A stretch of DNA of 63,980 bases, counting the filler. It is 5 parts of 5 records of this genome, joined end to end, with 100 filler letters (N's around TTAATTAATTAA, not from the genome) between each part and the next. Parts side by side here need not be neighbours in the genome. Positions count along the whole stretch, not along the records: positions 43,820 to 50,193 come from SRR20825010_3330; positions 50,294 to 60,779 come from SRR20825010_3337; 3 more parts are not named here. One strand, written 5' to 3'. Of the stretch, positions 43,821 to 52,700 are shown piece after piece; the stretch's first letter is position 1; each line of letters starts with the position of its first letter. The notes under the pieces are model-generated. The model saw only the letters and a list, made by a program, of their open reading frames with translations, did no database searches and was not told the origin of the DNA. The position numbers were made by a program, and so were the translations under genes.

Positions 43821-43961
43821 TCCTACACCAGCAAGGTCAAGCCCGAGGACATGATCCAGCCGGAGACCATGGCCGAACTGGTGCGCACCGCGATCGAACT
43901 TCCCAACAATGCGGCGATGGCGGAGATGCTGGTCAACTGCCGCCTCGAAGACATGCTCTGA
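43821..43961 (+). CDS. 3' end of a short-chain dehydrogenase/reductase (not in ORF track)
   Basis: Manual translation SYTSKVKPEDMIQPETMAELVRTAIELPNNAAMAEMLVNCRLEDML*, SDR-like C-terminus; stop overlaps the AGGAG of the next gene. Confidence 0.65.
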   Translation, partial: SYTSKVKPEDMIQPETMAELVRTAIELPNNAAMAEMLVNCRLEDML

Positions 43962-43973
43962 GGAGACGCCGTC

Positions 43974-45290
43974 ATGCCGGTTCCGAATTTGCAGCGTCCG
44001 GGCTTTTCGGCCCCCCTGCCTGAAAGCGCGGATGTCGTCGTAATCGGCGGTGGCATCGCCGGGGTGACGACCGCCCTGTTCCTGGCCGAGGCCGGGGTTG
44101 ATGTCGTGCTGTGCGAAAAGGGTACGGTTGCCGCCGAGCAGAGTTCGCGCAACTGGGGCTGGGTGCGGCAGATGGGCCGCGATCCGGCCGAACTGCCGCT
44201 GACGATCGAAAGCCTCAACCTCTGGCGTGACATCGACCGCCGTTTCGGCATCGAGACCGGCTTTCGTGAGACCGGCATCACCTATGTGTGCCGCACGAAG
44301 GCCGAGATCGCCGAATTCACCGCCTGGGAGAAATACGCCCGCGAGGCCGGTATGTCATCGCGGCTTCTCGACGCGAGCGGCCTTCAGGCACTGCTTCCGG
44401 GGATCACGTCGCCTTACAAACTCGGTCTTTATACCGCCAATGACGGGCGGGCCGAGCCCGGGCAGGCCGTGCCGCAGATGGCCGCAGCCGCCGTCAGGCT
44501 TGGCGCACGGATCATCGAGAATTGCGCGGTGCGCGGGCTTGAGCGGTCCGGCGGGCGCATCAGCGGCGTCGTGACGGAAAAGGGGACGGTCGTGACGTCG
44601 AGCGTCGTCGTGGCTGCCGGGGCCTGGTCGCGGCTTTTCCTCGGCAATCTCGGGCTGAACTTCCCGCAATTGAAACTCCTCGGGACGGCCGCAAGGATCG
44701 AAAGCGATGGCGCCGTGCCGGAGATGCCGGTCGGCGGCGGCGACTTCTCGTTCCGCAAGCGTCTCGACGGCGGCTATACCATCGCCCAGCGCAACGCCAA
44801 TGTCGCGCCGATCACGCCGGACAGCTTCCGCCTGTTCCTCGACTTCCTGCCGACGCTGCTGACGAGCTGGCGCGAACTGAAGCTGCGCGTCAACGGCCAG
44901 ACGGTGAGCGAACTGAAGATGCCGCGCCGCTGGTCGCTCGATCAGGTAACACCCTTCGAGACGATCCGCACGCTCGACCCTGTGCCGCACGCACCGTTCA
45001 ACCGCAACGCGCTGGTGAACCTCGCCCGCGCCTTCCCGGCCTTCGCCGATGCCCGTCTGACCGATAGCTGGGCCGGCATGATCGATGCGACGCCGGACGC
45101 GATTCCGGTGATCGGCCCGATTGCGGCCGTGCCGGGGCTCTATCTGTCATCGGGCTTTTCCGGCCACGGCTTCGGCAGTGGACCGGGCGCGGGCCGCCTG
45201 ATGGCCGAACTTGTCCGCAATGAAAAAACCTGCGTTGACCCGGCGCCTTTCCGGTATGAACGCTTTTCGAAGTCTGCCAAGGCCGCCTGA
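43974..45290 (+). CDS. FAD-dependent amino-acid oxidase/DAO family protein (AgaE-like)
   Basis: GGGIAG, EQSSRNWGWVR, WAGMIDATPD, GFSGHGFG. Confidence 0.88.
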   Translation: MPVPNLQRPGFSAPLPESADVVVIGGGIAGVTTALFLAEAGVDVVLCEKGTVAAEQSSRNWGWVRQMGRDPAELPLTIESLNLWRDIDRRFGIETGFRETGITYVCRTKAEIAEFTAWEKYAREAGMSSRLLDASGLQALLPGITSPYKLGLYTANDGRAEPGQAVPQMAAAAVRLGARIIENCAVRGLERSGGRISGVVTEKGTVVTSSVVVAAGAWSRLFLGNLGLNFPQLKLLGTAARIESDGAVPEMPVGGGDFSFRKRLDGGYTIAQRNANVAPITPDSFRLFLDFLPTLLTSWRELKLRVNGQTVSELKMPRRWSLDQVTPFETIRTLDPVPHAPFNRNALVNLARAFPAFADARLTDSWAGMIDATPDAIPVIGPIAAVPGLYLSSGFSGHGFGSGPGAGRLMAELVRNEKTCVDPAPFRYERFSKSAKAA

Positions 45291-45327
45291 AGAGTGGCGC
45301 AACGGCAATAACTAAAGGGAACATGAC

Positions 45328-47376
45328 ATGGCCTGGAGAATCGGCGTCGATTCCGGTGGTACATTCACCGATGTCTGCCTCTTCAATGATGAGACCGGAG
45401 CAATCGAGATCTGGAAGGTCTCGTCCACCCCGGACGATCCGTCGCGCGCGATCGCCCAAGGCGTGGTCGAGGGGCTGGAAAAGGTCGGCGCGAAAGCTGA
45501 AGACCTTGCCTTCCTCGGCCACGGCACCACGGTTGCCACCAATGCGCTGATCGAGTTGCGCGGCGTCAAGACCGGCCTCGTCGTCTCGGATGGTTTTCGC
45601 GATCTGCTCGAGATCGGCCGCCAGAAACGACCGAACCTCTATGACATGTTCGCCGAAAAGCCGCAGCAGCTCGTCACCCGCGATCTGCGTCGGGAAGTGC
45701 CCGAGCGCCTGAAATCCGATGGCAGTATCGTCGTTCCGCTGGATGAAGACGCGCTCCGCGAGGCGTTCCGCGCTCTTGCCGCCGAGGACATCAAGGCGCT
45801 TGCGATCTGCTTCCTCTACGGCTTCCTCAATACCGCGCATGAAGAACGCGCGCTCGCGATCGCGGCGGAAGAATTGCCGGGGGTCTTCGTGTCGGCCTCC
45901 CATGCGGTGGCCCCGGAATTCCGCGAATACGAGCGGCTGTCCACCACCGTCGTCAATGCCTATCTCGGCCCGGTGATGGAGCGCTATATCCGCCGCCTCA
46001 AGGACAGACTTTCCGAGATCGGCCTCAGGGTCGCCCCGCAACTGACCCAGTCGAACGGCGGCGTGATCGGCTTCGATCAGGCAAGCAACCTGCCGGTGCG
46101 CACCGTGCTGTCCGGTCCCTCGACCGGCGTCGTTGGCGCCCAGGCGATCGGCAGGATGGCCGGTTTCGACAATATCATCACCTTCGATGTCGGCGGCACG
46201 TCTTCCGATGTGGCGCTCTTACAGAACGGCGTCTGCCAGCTGACCGGCGAGGCCGATGTGCATGGCTATCCGATCAAGGCACCGATGCTCGACATCCACA
46301 CAGTCGGCGCCGGCGGTGGTTCCATTGCCCATGTCGATACCGGCGGGCTGCTGAAGGTCGGGCCGCGTTCGGCGGGCGCCCATCCGGGGCCGGTCTGCTA
46401 CGGGCTCGGCAGTGAGGAGCCGACGGTCACCGACGCCAATATCGTGCTGCAGACGTTGAACCCGGTGGAAATCCTCGGCGGACGCATGAAGGTGCGGCGC
46501 GACCTTGCGCTGGCGTCCGTCCAGCGGCTTGCCGACAGGCTCGGCGTCGACGTGATGGAAACCGCGCAGGGCATCATTTCCGTCGTCACGGCCAATATGG
46601 CCAAGGCGATCCGGGTGATCTCGGTCCAGCGCGGCCACGATCCGCGCGACTACGCGCTGATGGCCTTCGGCGGCGCCGGTCCGCTTCATGCCGCACGCCT
46701 TGCCCGAGAGCTGGACATGAAGAAAGTGATCGTGCCGCTGACGCCGGGAACGCTTTGCGCGCTTGGCCTGCTGCTTACCGATCTGCGCTCCGATTTTGCC
46801 CTGTCGCGGTTGATGGAACTTTCCGAGACGGCCCGGCCCGCCGTGGAAGACGGTTTCGCAACGCTTGCCGAACAGGCCGATATCTGGTTCGCGGCGGAAA
46901 ATATCGCCGGCGATCGCCGTGTCATCACCCGCACGGTCGACATGCGCTACGCCGGGCAGAATTACGAGCTTTCGGTCGCGGTTCCTGCGGGCCCGATCTC
47001 GGCGGAGACCTTCGCCTCGCTCGAAAAGGGCTTCGAGGCGGCGCACCGCCAGCGCTTCGGCTTCATCGCCGAGGGCGAGCCGATCCAGCTTGTCACCCTG
47101 CGCGTCGAGGCAGCCGGTATCGTCGACAAGGCCGAATTCCAGAAACAGGACGATCACGGCCCCGATGCCTCGGGCGCGAAGATCGGCGAACGCGATGTGT
47201 GGATGTCGGAAGCCGGCGGCTTCGTCACCTGCCCGGTCTATCAACGCGGCCTTTTGAGGGCCGGCAACGTCATCGCCGGCCCGGCGATTGTCGAGCAGAT
47301 GGACACGACCACGGTTCTGTTGCCGGAGATGACCGGCACTGTCGATCCCTATCTCAATCTCATTCTGGAGGTTTGA
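45328..47376 (+). CDS. Hydantoinase/oxoprolinase A subunit (HyuA-like)
   Basis: GVDSGGTFTD, HGTTVATNA, DVGGTSSD, GAGGGS, AFGGAGPLHA. Confidence 0.93.
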   Translation: MAWRIGVDSGGTFTDVCLFNDETGAIEIWKVSSTPDDPSRAIAQGVVEGLEKVGAKAEDLAFLGHGTTVATNALIELRGVKTGLVVSDGFRDLLEIGRQKRPNLYDMFAEKPQQLVTRDLRREVPERLKSDGSIVVPLDEDALREAFRALAAEDIKALAICFLYGFLNTAHEERALAIAAEELPGVFVSASHAVAPEFREYERLSTTVVNAYLGPVMERYIRRLKDRLSEIGLRVAPQLTQSNGGVIGFDQASNLPVRTVLSGPSTGVVGAQAIGRMAGFDNIITFDVGGTSSDVALLQNGVCQLTGEADVHGYPIKAPMLDIHTVGAGGGSIAHVDTGGLLKVGPRSAGAHPGPVCYGLGSEEPTVTDANIVLQTLNPVEILGGRMKVRRDLALASVQRLADRLGVDVMETAQGIISVVTANMAKAIRVISVQRGHDPRDYALMAFGGAGPLHAARLARELDMKKVIVPLTPGTLCALGLLLTDLRSDFALSRLMELSETARPAVEDGFATLAEQADIWFAAENIAGDRRVITRTVDMRYAGQNYELSVAVPAGPISAETFASLEKGFEAAHRQRFGFIAEGEPIQLVTLRVEAAGIVDKAEFQKQDDHGPDASGAKIGERDVWMSEAGGFVTCPVYQRGLLRAGNVIAGPAIVEQMDTTTVLLPEMTGTVDPYLNLILEV

Positions 47377-47379
47377 ACG

Positions 47380-48996
47380 ATGACCGTAATCGATCCCATC
47401 ACAGTAGAAGTCATCGGCTCGGCGCTGCAGTCCATCGTCGAGGAGATGGGCGAGGCGCTGGTGCGCGCCTCCTATTCCACCAATATCAAGGAGCGCCGCG
47501 ACTGCTCGACCGCGCTTTTCGACCGCCACGGCAACACGCTCTGCCAGGCCGAGCATATCCCGATGCATCTCGGCTCGTTCCTCGGCGTGATTGGCGCGAT
47601 TCACGGTCGTTTTAAAATGGACGACATCAGGCCGGGCGATACGTTCATGGCCAATGATGCCTATGCGGGCGGGGCGACCCATTTGCCCGACATCGTTCTG
47701 GCCGAGCCAATCTTCGTCGACGGTACGCTGGTGGCCTGGGCGGTCAATACCGCGCACCATTCGGATTTCGCCGATCGCGGCCACGAGCACATCTATCAGG
47801 AAGGCCTGCGCATTCCGCCGGTCCGGCTCTATCGCGAAGGCGTGCTGAACGAGGATCTGCAGGAGATGTTCCTGCTCAACTGCCAGGTGCCGCGTGAACG
47901 CCTCTCCGACCTGCGCGCCCAGATGTCGGCCAACCGGCTCGCCGTCCGGCGCATGCAGGATCTGTGTGGCAAATACGGCACGGACAAGGTGCTGGCCGCC
48001 GGTGAGGCGCTGCAGGACTATGCCGAGCGCAAGATGCGCGCCGGCATCGCCGCCATTCCGGACGGCAGCTACAGCTTCTCCGATCAGTTCGACAGCAACC
48101 AGCGCGGCGACCGGATCCGGCTTTCCGTCGAAATCACCATTGCCGGCGACGAGATGACGCTCGCCTTTGACGGTCCGCCGCAGCTTCGCGCCGGGCTGAA
48201 CCTGATCTATACCTCGCTGCTGGCGGCGAGCTATTTCGCGGTGAAATCGGTCGTCGATCCGACGATCCTGCCCAATGCCGGCCTTGCCCGTCCGCTGACG
48301 GTGACCGCGCCGAAGGGCTCGATCCTCAACTGCGAGCATCCGGCGGCGGTCGATGGCCGCATCGCGGCGGCCCAGCGGGTCTGCGACCTCGTCTATGGCG
48401 CGCTTGCCAAGGCGCTTCCCGGCAAGGTCATGGCGGCCGGCAACGGCTGCTGCACCGGGGCGATCTTCAACGGCACCCATGATGACGGCTCGATCTGGGT
48501 CTATCTCGAAACCATCGGCGGTGGCGGCGGCGCGCGGCCGTCCTCCGATGGCCTCTCAGGCATCCATGTCAGCCTCACCAACACCTCGAACCTGCCGGTG
48601 GAATCGCTGGAACTCGAATATCCGCTGACGCTGCTGCGTTATGAACTGGTGGATGATTCCGCCGGCGCCGGCACCTGGCGCGGCGGCATGGGCGTGCGCC
48701 GGGTTTATAGGGCTGAAAAGGCCTGCCGGTTCACCGTCGAGGGGTCCCGCGTCGCCTCCGAGCCCTGGGGCCTCGATGGCGGCACCTCGGCGCGTGGCAC
48801 CGTGCTCGACTTCGGCGACGGCCGCACCGATTTTTCCGGCATGGTCGACCTGAAGCCGGGCCAGATCGTCTCCATCACCACGCCTGGCGGCGGCGGTTAC
48901 GGCGATCCGGCGGGTCGCGACCCGGCGGCCGTCCGGCGCGACCTTGCCGAGGGACGCATCAGCGCCGCGACCGCCGAGCGCGTCTACAAGCAGTAG
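47380..48996 (+). CDS. Hydantoinase/oxoprolinase B subunit (HyuB-like)
   Basis: NIKERRDCS, IPMHLGS, THLPD, HHSD, EGLRIPP, TPGGGGYG. Confidence 0.93.
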   Translation: MTVIDPITVEVIGSALQSIVEEMGEALVRASYSTNIKERRDCSTALFDRHGNTLCQAEHIPMHLGSFLGVIGAIHGRFKMDDIRPGDTFMANDAYAGGATHLPDIVLAEPIFVDGTLVAWAVNTAHHSDFADRGHEHIYQEGLRIPPVRLYREGVLNEDLQEMFLLNCQVPRERLSDLRAQMSANRLAVRRMQDLCGKYGTDKVLAAGEALQDYAERKMRAGIAAIPDGSYSFSDQFDSNQRGDRIRLSVEITIAGDEMTLAFDGPPQLRAGLNLIYTSLLAASYFAVKSVVDPTILPNAGLARPLTVTAPKGSILNCEHPAAVDGRIAAAQRVCDLVYGALAKALPGKVMAAGNGCCTGAIFNGTHDDGSIWVYLETIGGGGGARPSSDGLSGIHVSLTNTSNLPVESLELEYPLTLLRYELVDDSAGAGTWRGGMGVRRVYRAEKACRFTVEGSRVASEPWGLDGGTSARGTVLDFGDGRTDFSGMVDLKPGQIVSITTPGGGGYGDPAGRDPAAVRRDLAEGRISAATAERVYKQ

Positions 48997-49104
48997 CGGT
49001 GGCCGGTCGCGGCCAGCTTCTCATCCGATTTCCATCCTGATCGCAGGCGGCCTCGCCTGCGGACACTCTCCCTTTGACCCTTTCAACCCAGAACAGGAAA
49101 AACC

Positions 49105-49530
49105 ATGGTCAAGATCACCAAAGTCAAATCCGGCTCCATCTTCGAAACCAAGGAAAGCTATTCGCGCATCGTCTGCGTCGACGACTGGATTTTCGTCTCC
49201 AACACCGCCGGCCGCAACTACAAGACCCGCGAAATGTCGACCAATCCGGTGGAGCAGGCCCGCCAGTGCTTCGACAATATCGAGGGCGCGCTGAAGGCGG
49301 TTGATTCCTGCCTTGCGGATGTCGTCCAGTCGAAGATCTTCATCCCCTACGTCGAGGATGCCAAGGCGGTGATGGAATATGTCGGCGAGCGCTTCCGCGG
49401 CATCGACCCGCAGCGCACCGTCACCTGCTCGCCGCTCGGCGCGCCGGATTTCAAGGTCGAGATCGAAGTCACCGCCTACCGCGGCGCTTCCAAGGCCGAG
49501 GTCGAGGAGATCACGATTTCGCTTGGCTGA
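49105..49530 (+). CDS. RidA/YjgF family protein
   Basis: SYSRIV, VSNTAG, EQARQCFDNI, KVEIEVTA. Confidence 0.88.
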   Translation: MVKITKVKSGSIFETKESYSRIVCVDDWIFVSNTAGRNYKTREMSTNPVEQARQCFDNIEGALKAVDSCLADVVQSKIFIPYVEDAKAVMEYVGERFRGIDPQRTVTCSPLGAPDFKVEIEVTAYRGASKAEVEEITISLG

Positions 49531-49604
49531 AAACCGTGCATGTCGTGGCAGCGGCCATTCTCGGTCGCCGCCGCCTGTCTTGAGGCGAATTGTTCCGCCG
49601 AGGG

Positions 49605-49704
49605 CTGGAGCATCGGGCGATTAGTTGGCATCGCCCGATGCTCCAGATTCTTGACGCGTCGGGTTAGCGAAAAGCCGGATTCCACTTTTTCGCCCGACGC
49701 TCTA
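49605..49704. repeat. Alphaproteobacterial palindromic repeat / MITE-like element
   Basis: Perfect 17-bp stem (49605-49621 / 49630-49646), second hairpin containing CGAAAAGCCGGATTCCACTTTTTCG, and imperfect terminal inverted repeats. Confidence 0.7.
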
Positions 49705-49840
49705 TTCCATCGCCTGCTTCAACGCGGGCGGTGCGGGTGTCGAATGAGCATCCTTCCTCTCGGCATGAGAAGCGCTCAATTGCGTTGGTCGTTGACCGGT
49801 GCCTTTTATCGGACCATCCGGAATCAGGCAGGTATGACCA

Positions 49841-50193
49841 ATGCATCCAATCGTCAGTCTTCGGGCGCTGTCGCTCCAGACACAATCACATGGTGAGACT
49901 TATGAGGCGCGTCTGGCCGCCGTGGCGGCGCCGCTTGGCGCAAGGCGGCTCGGCGCGCGCTATGTCGAGCTTCCTCCGGGCAAGAAGGCCTGGCCCTTTC
50001 ACTGCCACCACGCCAATGACGAGGTCTTTGTGATCCTGTCCGGGGACGGCGTGCTGCGATATGGCGGCGAGGAGCATGGCGTCAGCGCCGGCGATGTTGT
50101 CGTCTGTCCCGCCGGCGGGGTCGAAACGGCCCATCAATTGCGGGCTGAAGGCGCCGAGCCGCTTCGTTATCTGGCGATCAGTACGATGAACGA
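49841..50193 (+). CDS. Cupin domain protein, partial
   Basis: PFHCHHANDEVFVILSG, AGDVV, AHQL; runs into the gap. Confidence 0.85.
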
Positions 50194-50293
50194 NNNNNNN
50201 NNNNNNNNNNNNNNNNNNNNNNNNNNNNNNNNNNNNNTTAATTAATTAANNNNNNNNNNNNNNNNNNNNNNNNNNNNNNNNNNNNNNNNNNNN
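50194..50293. other. Artificial contig linker
   Basis: N-run + TTAATTAATTAA + N-run. Confidence 0.99.
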
Positions 50294-50294
50294 G

Positions 50295-50789
50295 GAGAAG
50301 CTGTTCGATAACACCTTTATTCCGGCTTGCAGCCCTTATCTGAAACTGGACAACGTGGCGGGCTTAACCGACCACCCCCTGATTCACTTTCGCCCACACG
50401 GTGCCCTGGCGGCTCCCATGGACTGGGCCGGTTGGCAAAAACGGGCCCAGGTGGCGGGGCTGGATGTCAGCGCCGGGCTGGTATTTTCCGACGAAACCCA
50501 CGCCATCTCCGCCGCCATCGGCGGGCAGGGCGTGGCCCTGATGAGCCGAACCCTGATTGCCGACGAATTGGAGGAGGGGCGATTGGTGCAGCCCTTCGGC
50601 CCGGAACTGGAAGGCAAACCGTTCTATCTGGTGTACCCGGAAAATCGTCGGGATGAGCCGGTGATTAGAGCGATTCGGGATTGGGTGATGGAGGTGCCGG
50701 GCGGGTTGTGTAACGGACTCGAGCGGGGCGCCGATGCGTCTGAGTGGTTTGACTCGAAGAGTGCTGCACCGGGCCTGGATTCGCCTTGA
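50295..50789 (+). CDS. LysR (GcvA-like) regulator, C-terminal part
   Basis: PACSP...HPLIH, AAIGGQGVAL, GRLVQPF, FYLVYP; frame open to the contig edge. Confidence 0.85.
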   Translation, partial: EKLFDNTFIPACSPYLKLDNVAGLTDHPLIHFRPHGALAAPMDWAGWQKRAQVAGLDVSAGLVFSDETHAISAAIGGQGVALMSRTLIADELEEGRLVQPFGPELEGKPFYLVYPENRRDEPVIRAIRDWVMEVPGGLCNGLERGADASEWFDSKSAAPGLDSP

Positions 50790-50897
50790 ATCATTGAACG
50801 ATCCCCGCCGCTTTTGCACCACAACGGCACACCGGTGCGAGCATATTGAGCACCAAAAGTGCGCAAATCAGGCTGTTAAGCTGCGCCAGGCGGCAGG

Positions 50898-51317
50898 TTA
50901 GCCCGCCTTTTGGCACAGCTCGGCCAGCTTCTGGTCCAGCATATTGAGGATGTGGCGGCGGCTGATCACGCCCACCACCTTGTTGGCGGCATCCACCACC
51001 GGGTAGATCTTGGGCTTGGCGGCCAGCATCTGCTGGGCCAGGTTCAGCACATCATCGGTGAGCGATACCGTCAGCACTTCGCTTTGCATCAAGTCCTTAA
51101 CCGTGGCCACGCGCTGGTTGTGATACACCACCTGCAGCGCCGCCTGCAGGCATTCGCGCTCACTGATCCAGCCCACCAGCGTACCGGCGCTATCGGTGAC
51201 CGGGCTGCCCAGCATGTCCAGTTTGATCAGGTTGCTGGAGGCTTCCACCACCGGCATCTCCGGGTGAATCGTCGCAAAACGCGTGCACATCAGGTCTTTG
51301 ATCGATACAGAATCCAT
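50898..51317 (-). CDS. CBS domain protein
   Basis: Two CBS repeats (PVTD..LVGWISERE; YPVVD..VVGVISRR); GAGG upstream of ATG 51317. Confidence 0.88.
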   Translation of the reverse strand: MDSVSIKDLMCTRFATIHPEMPVVEASSNLIKLDMLGSPVTDSAGTLVGWISERECLQAALQVVYHNQRVATVKDLMQSEVLTVSLTDDVLNLAQQMLAAKPKIYPVVDAANKVVGVISRRHILNMLDQKLAELCQKAG

Positions 51318-51438
51318 GGGGCTTACCTCTTGCTCTGGTCCGGGACCACAAAGGGTTCGGCCAGCACTTTCGCCGGCCACCAGGCAAATTACTGCGGGAA
51401 CCATGCCAACTTGCCGCAAGCGATGCTGGCTCCCTTTT

Positions 51439-51464
51439 GTAGGAGCGCCACTTGAGGTGCGAAC
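51439..51464 (+). repeat. GTAG-family REP element
   Basis: GTAGGA-GCGCC-ACTTGA-GGTGC-GAAC. Confidence 0.7.
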
Positions 51465-51492
51465 TTTTACTCCCTGCCAAAAATAACGTTGC

Positions 51493-51523
51493 TTGACCTA
51501 AAGCCGACTTGAAGTGGCAAGCT
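51493..51523 (+). promoter_or_regulatory. MerR/SoxR-type promoter with 19-bp spacer
   Basis: TTGACC-N19-CAAGCT with imperfect dyad ACCTAAAG/CTTGAAGT. Confidence 0.55.
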
Positions 51524-51556
51524 AACCGGTAATATCAAGGCGACGCCTCCTGGAGA

Positions 51557-52411
51557 GTGAGCATGAACGGTTCAACAGAGACACCCGACAACCCGTCCAC
51601 GCTGTGGAAAAGCGTGGGTGGGCGCAACTGGGTGGAATCCCAGCAGCTGATTGATCACCTGTTCAAACCCATCGAGGGGCTGCTGGCCGAAGCGGTGGAA
51701 TGCCAGTCGCCGCAGCGCGTTCTCGATATCGGCTGCGGCACCGGTGGCACAACCCGTGCGATCAGCCGTTATACCCGGGGTGCGGGGCTGGCAACGGGCG
51801 TCGACATTTCCGAGGTCATGATCGAGGCGGCACGGCAGGGTACGGAAAAGAACGGCGCAGAAAAGGCGGGCGTAGAGTTTATCTGTGCCGATGCAGAGAC
51901 CCATGATTTAGGTGAAGGCCGGTACGACATGCTGGTCTCGCGCTTCGGCATCATGTTCTTCGACGATCCCATCAAGGCCTTCCAGAACCTGAGGCGTGCC
52001 GCTACCACAGACGCCCCTGGGCTGTTCGTCGCCTGGCGCTCCCCGCAAGAAAACCCCTTCATGACCGCCGCTGCCCGGGCGGCCAAATCCATGGTCACGC
52101 TGCCACAACAAGCCCCGGACGCCCCCGGGCAGTTCGCCTTCGCAGACGCTAAACGCGTGGAAAGCATTCTGGATTCAGCGGGGTGGAATCACATCCGCAT
52201 CGAACCACTGGATTTCGAGTGCACCTTCCCCGAGAGCGAGCTGGTCGGCTACTTCACCCGCCTGGGCCCGCTCGGCCGCGTTTTCCAGGACCTGGACGAA
52301 AAGACACAAGCCCGACTGATTACCGTAGTCAGAGAAGCCTTCGAGCCCTTTGTGTTCGGCGATACCGTGAAATTCAACGCTGCCTGTTGGCAGATCAAGG
52401 CGCGGGCATAG
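51557..52411 (+). CDS. Class I SAM-dependent methyltransferase
   Basis: VLDIGCGTG, GVDIS, SRFGIMFFDDP, PGQFAFAD. Confidence 0.9.
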   Translation: MSMNGSTETPDNPSTLWKSVGGRNWVESQQLIDHLFKPIEGLLAEAVECQSPQRVLDIGCGTGGTTRAISRYTRGAGLATGVDISEVMIEAARQGTEKNGAEKAGVEFICADAETHDLGEGRYDMLVSRFGIMFFDDPIKAFQNLRRAATTDAPGLFVAWRSPQENPFMTAAARAAKSMVTLPQQAPDAPGQFAFADAKRVESILDSAGWNHIRIEPLDFECTFPESELVGYFTRLGPLGRVFQDLDEKTQARLITVVREAFEPFVFGDTVKFNAACWQIKARA

Positions 52412-52439
52412 GGAAGAACCGCCACTCCACAAACCACCT

Positions 52440-52465
52440 GTAGGAGCCCCGCTCGAGGGGCGAAC
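52440..52465 (+). repeat. GTAG-family REP element
   Basis: GTAGGA-GCCCC-GCTCGA-GGGGC-GAAC; same length and layout as 51439-51464. Confidence 0.7.
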
Positions 52466-52700
52466 CCTCCTTTCTATCTCTTACCCCCAACGCAGAAACA
52501 AAGCCCCTGAAGCTTATTCATTTATTTGCGCCCTAAGATTGTGTACATTCGGAACTGGATCACAAATAGAAAGATACCAATAACAACGGCTGGCCAGGGT
52601 GGCACGGCCTGAAGCGTGACTCAGGGGAAGGGATGCCAGTCCGGTTATCACCATATTCAGCACCACTGCGCCCGTTTACTGCCGAACGGGAGATAAGCCT

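Noticed and set aside
46219-48480. 753-aa antisense ORF and other long antisense ORFs
   Set aside because: Typical of high-GC codon bias opposite real genes; no recognisable motifs.
51557-52411. Methyltransferase as cognate DNA methylase of the GHKL nuclease
   Set aside because: Lacks DPPY/NPPY or PC catalytic motifs, looks like a small-molecule methyltransferase, and lies outside the inverted repeats.
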